A stretch of DNA of 63,471 nucleotides, the filler included, from Octopus bimaculoides (taxonomy: Eukaryota), in NCBI RefSeq assembly GCF_001194135.2. It is 8 parts of 6 records of this genome, joined end to end, with 100 filler letters (N's around TTAATTAATTAA, not from the genome) between each part and the next. Parts side by side here need not be neighbours in the genome. Positions count along the whole stretch, not along the records: positions 1 to 10,620 come from NC_068981.1; positions 10,721 to 33,123 come from NC_068981.1; 6 more parts are not named here. One strand, given 5' to 3'. The notes under the pieces were generated by a model. The model saw only the letters and a list, made by a program, of their open reading frames with translations, had not been told where the DNA came from and made no database searches. Below are positions 1-12,062 of this stretch, in pieces (the stretch's first letter is position 1; every line of letters begins with the position of its first letter). Position numbers and translations under genes: made by a program.

Positions 1-42
<42 letters not shown>

Positions 43-266
43 CGACAATAATAATGCGACAGATGGGCGCATCTGGAAAATAAGTTTGATTTACGTTGGA
101 GAATTCGTTGAAAATGTTCATTTTAGTAAAACTGAAATTTAATTGGATTTCAGCCTTACATTTCAAAATCTAGTTATGAATTGCGACTGCTTCATCACCG
201 TTTCCTGCTTCTCGATATATTTCCTGCGGCTCTCTTTCTCCTTTATTAACAATTATAGTTGATCCA

Positions 267-575
267 GTGAAGGTGCGTGGCTTAGTGGCTAGGGTATTCG
301 GCTCACAATCGTAAGGTCGTATGTTCAATTCCCGGCGGTTAGTTGTCTCCTTGAGCAAGACACTTTTGTCTCACGCCACACCAGCCCACTCAGTTGACAG
401 AAATGAGTTGTACCTGTAATTCAAAGAACCAATCTTGTTACATTCTGTCATGCTACATTTAGGGTACGAGTGTCTGTGGAGTGCTCAACCACTTGCACGT
501 TAATTTCACGAGCAGCCTTTTCCGTTGATCGAATCAATTAGAACACTCTCTGTCGCAACCAACGGAGATCCAGGC
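267..575 (+). mobile_element. tRNA-derived SINE; 3' half shared with the SINE at 12738
   Basis: A-box-like TGGCTTAGTGG and B-box-like GTTCAATTCC. The tail ccacttgcacgttaatttcacgagca matches 12738/16057. Flanking duplication ATAGTTGAT(C/A)CA at 255-266 and 576-587 (11/12). Confidence 0.8.
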
Positions 576-660
576 ATAGTTGATACAGTCTAAAACCTAA
601 TCGTACGGTTTCCATGGCTGTTGTCGTTGTTGTGGTGGTTACTGACATTCTAATGTTAAA

Positions 661-712
661 GCGGAGGTGCAATGGCCCAGTGTTTAGGGCAGCGGACTCG
701 CGGTCGTAGGAT
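661..712 (+). mobile_element. Head of SINE family B, cut by an assembly gap
   Basis: gcaatggcccagtg-ttagggcagcggactcgcggtc matches the start of the 12738 copy. Confidence 0.75.
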
Positions 713-812
713 NNNNNNNNNNNNNNNNNNNNNNNNNNNNNNNNNNNNNNNNNNNNNNNNNNNNNNNNNNNNNNNNNNNNNNNNNNNNNNNNNNNNNNNN
801 NNNNNNNNNNNN

Positions 813-994
813 ATCCAGAATCCTTGTTCGGTACCGGATCAATCCCAAAATCTAATCAGTTCGTGTCAGTCACGAGACGAAACAACCCTGAAAGTTTCAT
901 CCGAATCCATCGAGCGGTCCTTGAGATATCTTGTCCACGGACAAACAAACATGACTGAAAACAAAATCTCCGACTTAGTGAAGGCGGAGGTAAT
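813..994. mobile_element. End of a non-autonomous DNA element, DINE-1/Helentron-like
   Basis: gtttcatccgaatccat...gagatatcttgtccacggacaaacaaac, ending ggcggaggtaat. Resemblance recalled, not aligned. Confidence 0.35.
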
Positions 995-1092
995 AATAAA
1001 CGTGAACGTTATTAATAGTTTTAGTATATTGTTTACCTTACTGTCTGTAACTTGTGTTTAAGAAAACAGCAAGGCACTTGAGTAAATATAGA

Positions 1093-1197
1093 TGCAGACA
1101 TAGTTGTGTGTTTAAGCAGTTGGCTTGTAAACACGTGGTTTTGGGTTCAGTCCCACAGCATAAGTCCTTGGACAAATGCCTTTCACTACAGCCCCAG
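1093..1197 (+). mobile_element. Degenerate head of SINE family C
   Basis: gttgtgtgtttaag...ggttcagtccca...ccttggacaaatgcc resembles the 53182 copy. Confidence 0.55.
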
Positions 1198-1293
1198 AGT
1201 AAGAACATAAATGCGAAGCAAGGTGGAAAAAACAGTACTCGAATACCAGAAGTAGAGTAATATGCTTTATTAAAAAGCAGCAAAAATATCACA

Positions 1294-1339
1294 AAAACTG
1301 TTACTCAGAGTTTCATGTTCCCATTTGTCGGACAGTTTT
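1294..1339 (-). ncRNA. Minimal type-I hammerhead ribozyme-like fold (core mutated)
   Basis: Minus strand AAAACTGT-CCGACAA-ATG-GGAA-CAT-GAAA-CTC-T-GAG-TA-ACAGTTTT: 8-bp stem I, 3-bp stem II with GGAA loop, GAAA, quasi-palindromic stem III, GUA triplet. Core differs from CUGANGA at positions 4 and 8. Confidence 0.6.
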
Positions 1340-2215
1340 GTTTAGAATGGAACAAAAATAAGGTTATAAGCAAAAATATACAATTAGTTTGATAGATATA
1401 CATTTGAAAATAGTTTTGTTTCATTGGTCCTTTCAACTAACGGTCTTTTCAATAACCGGCTGCATGCAATAACAAATTGCGGTATAAAATCATATTAGTA
1501 TAAAAATCGCAGAAAACCTTAAATCAAAAATAGCTTATAATGAAGAACTGAGCCTTAATACCCAGGGTAAATAATTAGATGTAAAATATTAATCAATTAA
1601 TAAATTGAAAGATATATCCGTTTAAAAATTTTCACGCTAGATTACATATACATTTGGCAGTATGCAGACATACCAAACTATCTATAATGTACATATATGC
1701 ACTAAACATACAGATGCAGGTACATGGCTACATACATATACAGACATATATAGGCAAGACATAAATACATATACAAATGCATATATATATGCATGCACGT
1801 ACCGACGCACGCGCACATATTTTCCTGGCATATGCTTATATAAGTTAGTTGTTACAGGCGAAAGAAAGAGAAGGAAAAAATCAGAAAATAGTAGAGGTGG
1901 GGGAGATAACAGTGGAAAAGAAGAAAAAGAAATGGAAAAAGAAATGTGTGCGTCAGTGTGTATGTGTATACACATATGCATGTATGTATGTATGTATGTA
2001 TGCGTGTATGCATATATATGTATGCGCGCGTGTGTGTACGTTTGTATAAATGTATTCTGTACATTCATGTGTTTGTGTGTGCACGTTTCTATGTGCATAT
2101 TTGTGTGTGTGTGTGTGTGTGTGTGTATGCTCGTCTTCTCCGTGTTACCTATGTACCTATCTATCTACTTATCTACCTGTTTACCTACATATCCATTTAC
2201 CTATATATATATATA

Positions 2216-2673
2216 TTGGCTCATCCCATTGACAATGCAGGTTTTTTATACTTCTTTTATTTTTCAAAATTGAGATAAAAACAGTTTTTATTTAATCTAA
2301 AATATACTCTCCTTTATTTTCTACAATGCTCTTCCATCTATTTGGTAGACTTACAAGGCCCCTCTTCCAAAATTCATTTGTCTGTGACAAAAAATACTCT
2401 TCAAGTACTGTTCTGGCCACATCCTCAGAGCTCATATTTTTCCGTCGAAATGATTTTGATGACTGCGGAATAAATGATAATCAGATGGGGCAATGTCTGG
2501 CGAATATGGTGGGTGGGGTATCGTTTTCTATTCAAACTGCTCCAGCCTCTGGAAAGTCATCCTCGTTGTATGTGGCCGAGCATTATCCTGATAGAACATC
2601 TTTCGTCTTGAAACCAAAGATGGTCGTTTTTTCTTCTAGCTATATGCTCTGTGTGTGTGTGAGAGAGAGAGAG

Positions 2674-2708
<35 letters not shown>

Positions 2709-2850
2709 TCTCTTACATCACATATTAAGGGCGTTCTCATGTTGTGAGGGATTGTCCATCAACTATGGCTGCTTTGAAACGGGATCCAAGCTGTAGGCCT
2801 GGACACTTTCAACATATATAGCCACAATATGACCATTTACGTATATGTTA
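2216..2850 (-). mobile_element. Mariner transposase fossil (C-terminal part), interrupted by a microsatellite
   Basis: Minus translation QDNARPHTTR...HPPYSPDIAPSDYHLFRS...WKRGLVSLPNRWKSIVENKGEY; in-frame stop present. Confidence 0.9.
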
Positions 2851-3370
2851 ATCCGCCATTTTGACAACAGGTATTGGTTTGTTTACGTGCCCGCAACTTA
2901 ACAGTTCAGCAAAAGTAGCTAGACTTAGAATAAAAGATAAGTACGGAGGTAATTTTGTTCGGATAAAGCTTACTGAAATAAGTAAATGATGCATTTATTT
3001 TTCTTTTTAACGAATAAAGCATTACAACAGTTCACTTGGTAAAGTGGCAAACTCGCATAGCTTCGTGTCTGTTGCTTTCATGTTGCAATATAAGAAATCA
3101 TGTAACTTAACACTTCACAATTTCATGCCCAATCAAAAGCTAGTTGCGTATTTTGTTAAGACGTACGAGAAAAAAACTGTAAATCCAAGCAATTACTAGT
3201 GACACTTCTGTCAGTTTATTTTAGACAACTTTAGTTTAAAATCACACAGAAACAACATTGTATGAACATTTTTTTCAAATCATTTTCTCTCTTTTGTAAT
3301 GTTTGTGGTTTCTTTACTTTATTAGCCAAATATTTTAAAGTTGGTAGAGCAATATGTTAACACAAGTTAA

Positions 3371-3457
3371 GGCGACGAGCTGGCAGATCTGTTAGCAGAT
3401 CGGGCAAAATGTTTAGCGGTATTTTGACTGTCTTTGCGTTCTGAGTTCAAATTCCGC
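3371..3457 (+). mobile_element. SINE family A, 5' part
   Basis: ggcgacgagctggcag...gttagc...ctgagttcaaattccg; B-box-like GAGTTCAAATTC. Confidence 0.75.
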
Positions 3458-3690
3458 GTTGAGGAAAAATGGGGTGATAATGAAGGTAGCGATTCATGTA
3501 AAAAATGGGACGATAATGGGGTAGCGATTCATGTAAAAACAATAGATTAAGATTTATTTGTGAAATACAGTTGCTTTGAATTTGCTTCAGAAAGAGTTTA
3601 AGCTTGTAATGGTTAGTTGAGGTGGGGGCGCAAGAAATGTGGCCCGGGTGTCAAGAGGGCGGCAATCCGAAAAAGTTTGGGAACCATTAA
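3458..3690. mobile_element. Probable hAT-type MITE end
   Basis: Ends aaagtttgggaacca, like the CAGTGGTTC-type TIR at 24196; internal ~28-bp direct repeat gataat..gtagcgattcatgtaaaaa. Confidence 0.35.
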
Positions 3691-3853
3691 CCTAGTTGAT
3701 GCGGATTCATCAACGTAGTCCGAGAAACTTAAGGATTGGCTATTATCTACATCTTTATTTGAAGTTCATGAGTAAAAAAAAAAAAAAAATACGTGGATAG
3801 GATTTTTTAATATTTATTTCATCATTTTATATCTTATTCAGTGAACAATAACA

Positions 3854-3894
3854 TCGTTTGTTACAAATTTCTGTTAGAAACCTGTAACAAACGA
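3854..3894. repeat. Short inverted repeat
   Basis: TCGTTTGTTACA / TGTAACAAACGA (12 bp) plus inner TTTCT/AGAAA. Confidence 0.8.
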
Positions 3895-4224
3895 CATCTT
3901 ACGGTATTTCAACTATAAGAGTAACACAGGATTGTTTATTCAATACGGGCGAAGCAAATGCTACACAAGGGACTTCCGTTTAAATGTGATGATTTATCGA
4001 TTTTCTCACCCATGTTGACATCTTCAGCTGATTTACACCAATGAAATATATACACATGCACACATATAAAGTAGATGGATATCCGTCGCTTTCGTTGATG
4101 CGTATGCAATGTTTATTCAGCTGAACTAATTTCTCATTGAATTAACATGTGAAATAGTTGAGTATACCGCAGAAACGTTATTTTCTGGCAAAACCAATAT
4201 AATTGGGTTTATTTTTTACCTTTT

Positions 4225-4415
4225 GCATATTTCAGTCACTGGACTGCGGCCATGATGAGGCAGCGCCTTGAAGAATTTTTGTCGAATAATTCGACCCCAG
4301 TAATTCCTTATTGTTTAAGCCTGGTACTTATTCCGTCGGTCTCTTTTGCCGAACCGTTGAGTTACGGGGACGTAAACACACCAACAACGGTTGTCAAGCG
4401 GTGGTAGGGACAAAC
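4225..4415 (-). mobile_element. 3' module of SINE family C
   Basis: ctcttttgccgaacc...gttacggggacgtaaacacacca is the reverse complement of 53620-53780. Confidence 0.8.
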
Positions 4416-4466
4416 ATAGGCCTTGTGCCCATAGTAGAAAGAATTATTATTGCTGCGGGGGAAAAA

Positions 4467-4680
4467 GCGGTGAACTGGCTGAATGGTTAGCAAGTCCAGC
4501 GAAATGTTCTACAGCATATCTTCTGACACTTACAGTTATGAGTTCAAATCCTGTTGAGGTCGACTTTGCCTTTTGTCGTTTCGGGGTCGATAAAATAAGT
4601 ACCAGTTAAGAACTGAGGTCAGTGTAGTCGACTAGCCCCGTCCTTTAAAACTTCAGGCCCTGTACCTATAGAAGAGAGAA
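4467..4680 (+). mobile_element. SINE family A
   Basis: gaggtcgactttgcc...ggggtcgataaaataagtaccagtt central domain. Confidence 0.8.
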
Positions 4681-5190
4681 TTACCCCAAAATTTTGATTC
4701 CTTTTCTTTGAGGTCGTGAACATTCTCACCTATATCAGAACTCACAATCTAGTGGACTTCGAGAAACTGTTGTGATTGATAGCAATGTTATATTGACTAG
4801 ACGTTATTTAAACAACCGTTAAATGCTATGGTCAATTAAATGAAGTTATAAAATGGAGACTATAAAAACATGTTTTTAAAAAATATTGTTCTGGTGAAAA
4901 CAGACTTAATAAAAACACCATATTAAAAACATAAATATATGTTTTCAACTAAATGACAGGAATAATTAATGACCTGGCATATTAAAATGTAGTAGAAGAA
5001 TGTAAAAAATTGAAAATGAAAAAATACAAACAACTATAACCTATAAAAAAATATTGCTTCTTCTTTGCAAAACTATATAGACATATAGACAGTTGAATCT
5101 GAGCGTGCAATTAGTAGTATGTTTTGGCAAGTGTTAAGTCAATTTAGAAAATTATAATACATACACTGAGTGATGTTACTGAGCTGTAAA

Positions 5191-5356
5191 AGGCGGAGAG
5201 CTGGCAGAATCGTTGCTGCGCCGGAAAAGATGACCAGTATTCTTTCTGGCTCTCTTCCGAGGTTGATAAAAATAAAGTAACAGTCAGGTACTTACATCGA
5301 TGTAATCGACTTACTCCAAAAAAAATTGCTAGCCTTGTGTCAAAATTTGAAACAAT
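5191..5356 (+). mobile_element. SINE family A, internally deleted
   Basis: gagctggcagaatcgtt head; gtaatcgactt tail. Confidence 0.7.
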
Positions 5357-5479
5357 ATTGGTGAGCTGTGAGATTCAAGGGCCTACATTCAAAATGTAGA
5401 TAATTTTCTTGTCAAGGCTTACTAAAATGCACCCCAACCTTTTTTTTTTTTTTTTTAGCTTTGTTTTCTATAAGAATGA

Positions 5480-6400
5480 GAGTATTAGAGAGCCGGGCAG
5501 ATAGCATGTCGTAATACTTACCGAAGATTTTTGTGTTTTGTGACCAGCATTAAGCTCTCCCTAAGGCAAGGCAATATATATTTATTTCTTAAATCTCCGA
5601 GTAAACTGCACTGTAAGACAAAGTAAGAACAGCTCACTGCCGTAAAACTACTGAGTACCGTGACAGTTCGTAGTACTGAGCTCAAATCATAGCTTGAAAA
5701 GACTGTTCTTTGTTCATCTACGTTGTCCCCCACATACATTTTATAAAGACAAAGTCTTAAATGGTGGCCCTTACATTGAGTGGATTATGGGACTAACCAT
5801 CGTTTAAGGGATTTGATAATTCTCCATGTTATACTCGAGCCTGTTTTACTTACTTCAGCAAGGACGGCATTATTTCATTGTATGACTTTATCTTTATTTC
5901 AAAAGACATAACACTGCACCTAAAATTGAGGTTAGGAAACTGTTATATATTGCCAACTGTCCTCTCTGGAGTAGAAACTTAGACACTGAAGACAGTAACG
6001 AAGAACACAGAATCCTTTGAAACGTGGTTCTTTCGCAGATTGGATCGAATAGGCTGGAAAGACTTTCAAGTTTTCTAGTACACTGCAGCACTGCGAAAAC
6101 TGAAGGTCAAAGTCCATGGACTTATTGCTAAGAATCAACTCCAAAAAGCTATCATATCTGAGACCTACAGTACGTCACGAGTCACTGCCCAAGACCATCC
6201 TGACAGGAAGTGTGGATGAGTAGAGAACCAGATGTCATCAAGAAGGTTTGTAGAACGACGCCATCAAAGAATGGACCGGAAACAAAAACCTGGTTGGTTG
6301 TATGCATGCAGCAAAACAGAGGGATCTTAGAGCTTAGCAAGACGACTCTTGGACATAGCGAGGGCACCTGGCTGATAATGACGCTATAAACAAAAAGCAA
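5480..6400 (+). mobile_element. Degenerate RTE-clade LINE, 3' part
   Basis: Frame-broken CYILPTVLSGVET...SFETWFFRRL.RIGW...SLPKTILTGSVD...IKEWTG, typical of the RTE C-terminus. 5' boundary uncertain. Confidence 0.65.
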
Positions 6401-6968
6401 GAGAAGAATTTGTAACTTCCTCACATAACATATATCATCGTCCATATTAATAATAATTAGAGAAAAAAGATCTCTAGGAAAAATATTACACAGTAAAGTT
6501 TATGAGTTTGGATAAATTCGTACAACATAGGGGAGCACAGAATATTGGGACTTCAAGATAGTCTCTTAGTCTGAAAGAACAAAAATTATCAACCGTTTAA
6601 GCCTTATTTTCTCTCAGACGAAGGTTCTATTTCGATGCAACAGTTTCCTCTTCACTCCAAGACACACGGACTTATCCAAACTTACAAACTTCACAGATAG
6701 TTTATATTATCCTATTATACAGTGCTTAGTTATTGTATAGAACTTATTTAAGTATGGAATAAATCATTTATAAATTTTAGAGAAATTTTGAAAATATAGA
6801 GACGTAGAGTGTTCCCCGTCACACGGTATTTTAATGTTAAAAAATATTACTGCATCCTTCTCAGTCGTCTATCGTTAACTACCTTCTCTCTCTCTCTCTC
6901 TCTCCCTTCCCCTCCCTCTCTCCCTCCTTCTTTCTCTCTCTCTCTCTCTCTCCCTCTCTCTCTCTCCC

Positions 6969-7006
<38 letters not shown>

Positions 7007-7913
7007 CCTTCTTTTCCNNNNNNNNNNNNNNNNNNNNNNNNNNNNNNNNNNNNNNNNNNNNNNNNNNNNNNNNNNNNNNNNNNNNNNNNNNNNNNNNNNN
7101 NNNNNNNNNNNNNNNNNNNNNNNNNNNNNNNNNNNNNNNNNNNNNNNNNNNNNNNNNNNNNNNNNNNNNNNNNNNNNNNNNNNNNNNNNNNNNNNNNNNN
7201 NNNNNNNNNNNNNNNNNNNNNNNNNNNNNNNNNNNNNNNNNNNNNNNNNNNNNNNNNNNNNNNNNNNNNNNNNNNNNNNNNNNNNNNNNNNNNNNNNNNN
7301 NNNNNNNNNNNNNNNNNNNNNNNNNNNNNNNNNNNNNNNNNNNNNNNNNNNNNNNNNNNNNNNNNNNNNNNNNNNNNNNNNNNNNNNNNNNNNNNNNNNN
7401 NNNNNNNNNNNNNNNNNNNNNNNNNNNNNNNNNNNNNNNNNNNNNNNNNNNNNNNNNNNNNNNNNNNNNNNNNNNNNNNNNNNNNNNNNNNNNNNNNNNN
7501 NNNNNNNNNNNNNNNNNNNNNNNNNNNNNNNNNNNNNNNNNNNNNNNNNNNNNNNNNNNNNNNNNNNNNNNNNNNNNNNNNNNNNNNNNNNNNNNNNNNN
7601 NNNNNNNNNNNNNNNNNNNNNNNNNNNNNNNNNNNNNNNNNNNNNNNNNNNNNNNNNNNNNNNNNNNNNNNNNNCCCCCAGCTACTTTGGTCTGTACTTC
7701 TGTTACTTAATACGTTACTTCTCTAATTACTTCTCCCTATTGCAACTCCCTATCTTTCTTCCCACTTCCGTTTTCTTTCTTTATTACTTACGCTATTTTC
7801 TTCTTATTTTCCCTTTTTACTCTTTTTATCTTTCCCTTTCTGTTCGCTTCACAGCCTCTCTCACTAATATGCTGACTGCTGGTCATTTCTCTCTTCCTCC
7901 ACTTCACACACTC

Positions 7914-8010
<97 letters not shown>

Positions 8011-8127
8011 GTATGTATGTAGATATATAGGGCAGGGAATCGTCAATTAGTAATAAAATTAATAATTAACAATTTTGCCGAGTAGCTCAGTATGAAAAAA
8101 CCTTTATCGGTAAAAACCATTTATAAT

Positions 8128-8416
8128 CATAAATATACAGGGATTAGCAGGAGCCTGCTTCTCCAACATACTGAGAATTCAGAAATAGCAGTCAAAGAAC
8201 TACTGATTACCCTTAACCGTGAAACGTCGTACCCAATTAACTAAAGGTAGGTTTGTTTTTACTCTTCTCTTCTGTTTTTTGTTCTGTGTGTGCCATAAAT
8301 ATCGCCATCCGTTAGAGAAAAAATTTGTAGTTTGGAATCAGTAGTTCTTTGACTGCTATTTCTGAATTCTTAGTATGTTGGAGAAGCAGGCTCCTGCTAA
8401 TCCCTGTATATTTATG
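8128..8416. repeat. 81-bp inverted repeat (80/81) with 127-bp spacer
   Basis: Arm 8128-8208 is the reverse complement of 8336-8416 with one mismatch. Confidence 0.95.
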
Positions 8417-8432
8417 TATGTATGTATGTATG

Positions 8433-8489
<57 letters not shown>

Positions 8490-8536
8490 GTCTGTATGTC
8501 TGTCTATGTATGTATGTATGTATGTATGTATGTATG

Positions 8537-8574
<38 letters not shown>

Positions 8575-9377
8575 ATCTACTTCTCTTTATAATATTTTCT
8601 TTCCTTCTCTGTCTCTACTTGTCTCCCTGTCTCTCTGTCACTCTCTTTCTCTCTCACACACACTCAATACAAGTACTGTTTTCTGCTTCCATATTTTTGA
8701 AACCTAACACAATGAGAGAATCTAGCGAACAAAAAACTGACAAGCTTTTACATAAGATTTCTATATTCCACAATATATTTCAGTCTTAAACAACTTCTCA
8801 TATAAAGCTGTAGATTTGTGCGTAGTTTATCACCGGGAAAATTATTGCTTTTGGGAGGAACTGTCACATGAGACAAAGTACAATTTACTAAACAAAAAAA
8901 AGACAAAAGAAAATTGACAGACGATATTCGTTAACCCGCTGGAACGAATTAATCTATTTTGATTTTTACAGCCTCTGAAAACAACGTATTGGGAAATTGG
9001 AAGAAGACTTAAAGATAATTTGGTGTTAGAGAAGGAAGAAAAATCAAGTTGATCAATCAAAATAATTATTATAAAAAGATAATTAAGACATAAGATCTCA
9101 CTGATAAAAGCTCTAATAGCTGATACATTGCCTCTGAGATTCTGCATTCTGTAAATTAGATATTTAGTTAAAAGTGCAGTCTAAATAACCCCAAACCTGT
9201 TATGGTTGTATATGATCTATGTTATTCTTTTCCATGTTAAAAAAAAGCACACACCAAAAAAAAAAAAGCACAAAAATCATACGATCGATTTCTCAGACAG
9301 CTCTGAATATTTATTGAAAGGAATGTAACCATTCGTTGTCTCTTTTTTCTTTCTTTCTTTCATTCGTTATTATCATG

Positions 9378-9443
<66 letters not shown>

Positions 9444-9585
9444 GGCTTATTTATTTCTGCTGTGTTCAATGAACAGCAAAGTGTAGTTTATTGGCTTGCT
9501 TCAACTGTAATTTCTCTGTGGCTTCCAAGCTAATCAACATTTTCATTTACATACATACCTACATAGTCATTAAAACATACACACA

Positions 9586-9621
<36 letters not shown>

Positions 9622-9626
9622 TTCTC

Positions 9627-9678
<52 letters not shown>

Positions 9679-9683
<5 letters not shown>

Positions 9684-10547
9684 GGTGTTCGGGTTTAATT
9701 TGACGATATTTTTATGTCTCCTTTTTTTTCAAAAGCAGTTTGATGTATTGGTGAACAGTCAACAGCGTTGGAGACCATAAAGATTTGAGTTGTAGTTGGA
9801 AAAAAGTGAATTCACGTGGAAGACTAGAAGGCCTCTGGAAATTGGAAAAGAGTTACTTGTGTCATGATGATTCACGCCGGGTATCAAAACGTCGACATCA
9901 TGACTGTTGCTCAATGACCTATGAACATTGTAAAAGCTCTGAGACGTGACATGGACATCATGAAATCAATTTTCCCCCAAACTGTTATGATCATTGGATG
10001 CGTTGCCAGTGTGAATGACGTCATGTCGCTCCACATCTTTGAACAGGACTTTAGACCTAATTAGATGGATATGTGGAGCCGCTGGGAGACTGTAGTCAAA
10101 CCTTGGCTCTAGAGGGTTGCAACTGGAAGGCCATATGTGTAGCAGCAGGATTCGACTCGTTGCCATAACTCCAGAAAAAGTCAGAGGTGGTGGTCGGAGA
10201 ATTTCTATGACTTCATCAATCTCGATTTCTGGCTTCCTAATTCTACCCAGTTATTGAGAAAGACGCTGTCCACTTTGCCTGCCGAGCAAGGTAGCCAAGC
10301 AGATGGCCAAGATCGAGGAAGTGTTCGTAAACCTTCACAAGAACACAGTGAAGAATGCATGCGTCAGGTTCGGAGCCGTCTTGAGGCCGTGGTGGAAGCT
10401 GAGGGCAGCTACTTTGAGTAAACTGTTATGTCCCAGCCATAATCTAGTTGATATCTTTTGATTTTTGTAAAATCCTTTTATTATTAGATGAGATAGCGTA
10501 TTTACTTTTCCTTTGATGCAAACTGTCGAATTTAGCCAGGCCACGTG
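9679..10547 (+). mobile_element. Deleted Tc1/mariner (maT-like) element
   Basis: Remnant RVATGRPYVQQQDSTRCHNSRKSQRWWSENFYDF..LDFWLPNS (WPPNSPD-like); weak terminal inverted similarity. Confidence 0.7.
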
Positions 10548-10778
10548 TTATGTGTGTGTGTGTGTGTGTGTGTGTATGCGTGTGTTTGTGTGCGCGTGTG
10601 TGCGTATGTACATATATATANNNNNNNNNNNNNNNNNNNNNNNNNNNNNNNNNNNNNNNNNNNNTTAATTAATTAANNNNNNNNNNNNNNNNNNNNNNNN
10701 NNNNNNNNNNNNNNNNNNNNATATGCATACAATGCATATAATGTATTACACACACACACACACACAAAGACATGTAGC

Positions 10779-10827
<49 letters not shown>

Positions 10828-11156
10828 ACGTATATATGTATATATTGAGATTGCAGAATTCTACCACCTCGCCGCCTTCACCGTCTTCAGAACAGTATCA
10901 ACTTAAAACTCGGTTGAATAATAACATGAACTTAGAAATATAGTTCACCGAAACCACAACGAAAATGAAAAAGAAAACATGAAGAAAATGATGTTATGAG
11001 GATCCGATCAAGTATATTTGATACATTATTTATTACATGTGTTTATTAAACGCAAAATATGTTAATATATAATGCGTATTTAAGGAGGTAAATGAACTTT
11101 GAATAAAAATGAAATGAACTCAGTAAGTGCAACTGGTAGTTATAGGAATGACAAAT

Positions 11157-11375
11157 GCTGGTGGGTTAGTAGAATCGTCAGAGCGTCGGACAAAGACAAG
11201 TTGTGGTATTTTTTCAAGCGCTTTAGATTCTGAATTCCAATGCAGTTGAACTCAGCTTTGCCTTTCATCTCATTAGGTTCGCTAATTGAAATGCCAATCT
11301 ATTACTAGGATTGATGACATCGACTAAACCCCTCCCCTCAACATTGCTAGCATTCTGTCTAAATTAGAAACAATT
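11157..11375 (+). mobile_element. SINE family A
   Basis: agaatcgtc...ctttgcctttcatc...catcgacta...aaattagaaacaat. Confidence 0.65.
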
Positions 11376-11649
11376 ACACGCATGATATGATTATTGCACA
11401 CAAATTATAAGTACTTAGATAACAGGCACATACGAAAATAAGGAAAAAAGATATTTTGGAGTTTCAAAACGAAACGGACTTTTTTGAAAACCGAAAAAAA
11501 ATAAAAGATCTGCTTCTCGATATAAAAACAATGGAGCTCAAGGAAAGCGAAAAAGATTTAATAGCACTACAAGTATGGCCCACCGTTGTCATCGAGAAAC
11601 TCAGCCACATATTGATTTCAAATTTTAGTACAAGGATGGCAATTTCGTA

Positions 11650-11820
11650 GTGGTGGCGGGGGTAGCGAGAAGTCGATTACATCGACCCCAGTACTCGACT
11701 GGTGCTTATTTTATCGACCTCGAAATGAAAGGTAAAGTCGACCTCGGTGAAATTTGAACTCAGAACGTGTAGACGGACGAAATGCCGCTAAGCATTTTGT
11801 TCGGCACGCTAACCGCCTTT
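11650..11820 (-). mobile_element. SINE family A
   Basis: atcgaccccagtac...aaagtcgacctcgg...tttgaactcagaac. Confidence 0.8.
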
Positions 11821-11851
11821 CATGAACTAATAATATTAATCCATTAAACTA

Positions 11852-12062
11852 AGGCGACGAGCTAGTAGAACCGTTAGAACGCCATCTCAAATACTGGCGT
11901 TTCGCTCGTCTTTATGTTCAGAGTTCAAATTCCGTTGCGTTCCTCTTTGTTTTTTATCCTTTTGGTATCGATTAAAATAGGCACCAGTTAAGCAATAGGA
12001 TTGATGTAATCGACTTAACCCTCCTCGAAACTGTTGTCCTTGTGCCGAAATTTGAAATCAAT
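11852..12062 (+). mobile_element. SINE family A
   Basis: ggcgacgagct head; gtaatcgactta...aaatttgaaatcaat tail. Confidence 0.75.

Noticed and set aside
8961-9052. Possible terminal exon PLKTTYWEIGRRLKDNLVLEKEEKSS after a TTTTTACAG acceptor
   Set aside because: No partner exon or homology recognised; such acceptors are common in AT-rich DNA.
10665-10676. TTAATTAATTAA islands inside N runs (also 33168, 39214, 52111, 56284, 59482, 62289)
   Set aside because: An identical 12-mer centred in similar-sized gaps, with stops in all six frames, is a scaffolding linker rather than biology.
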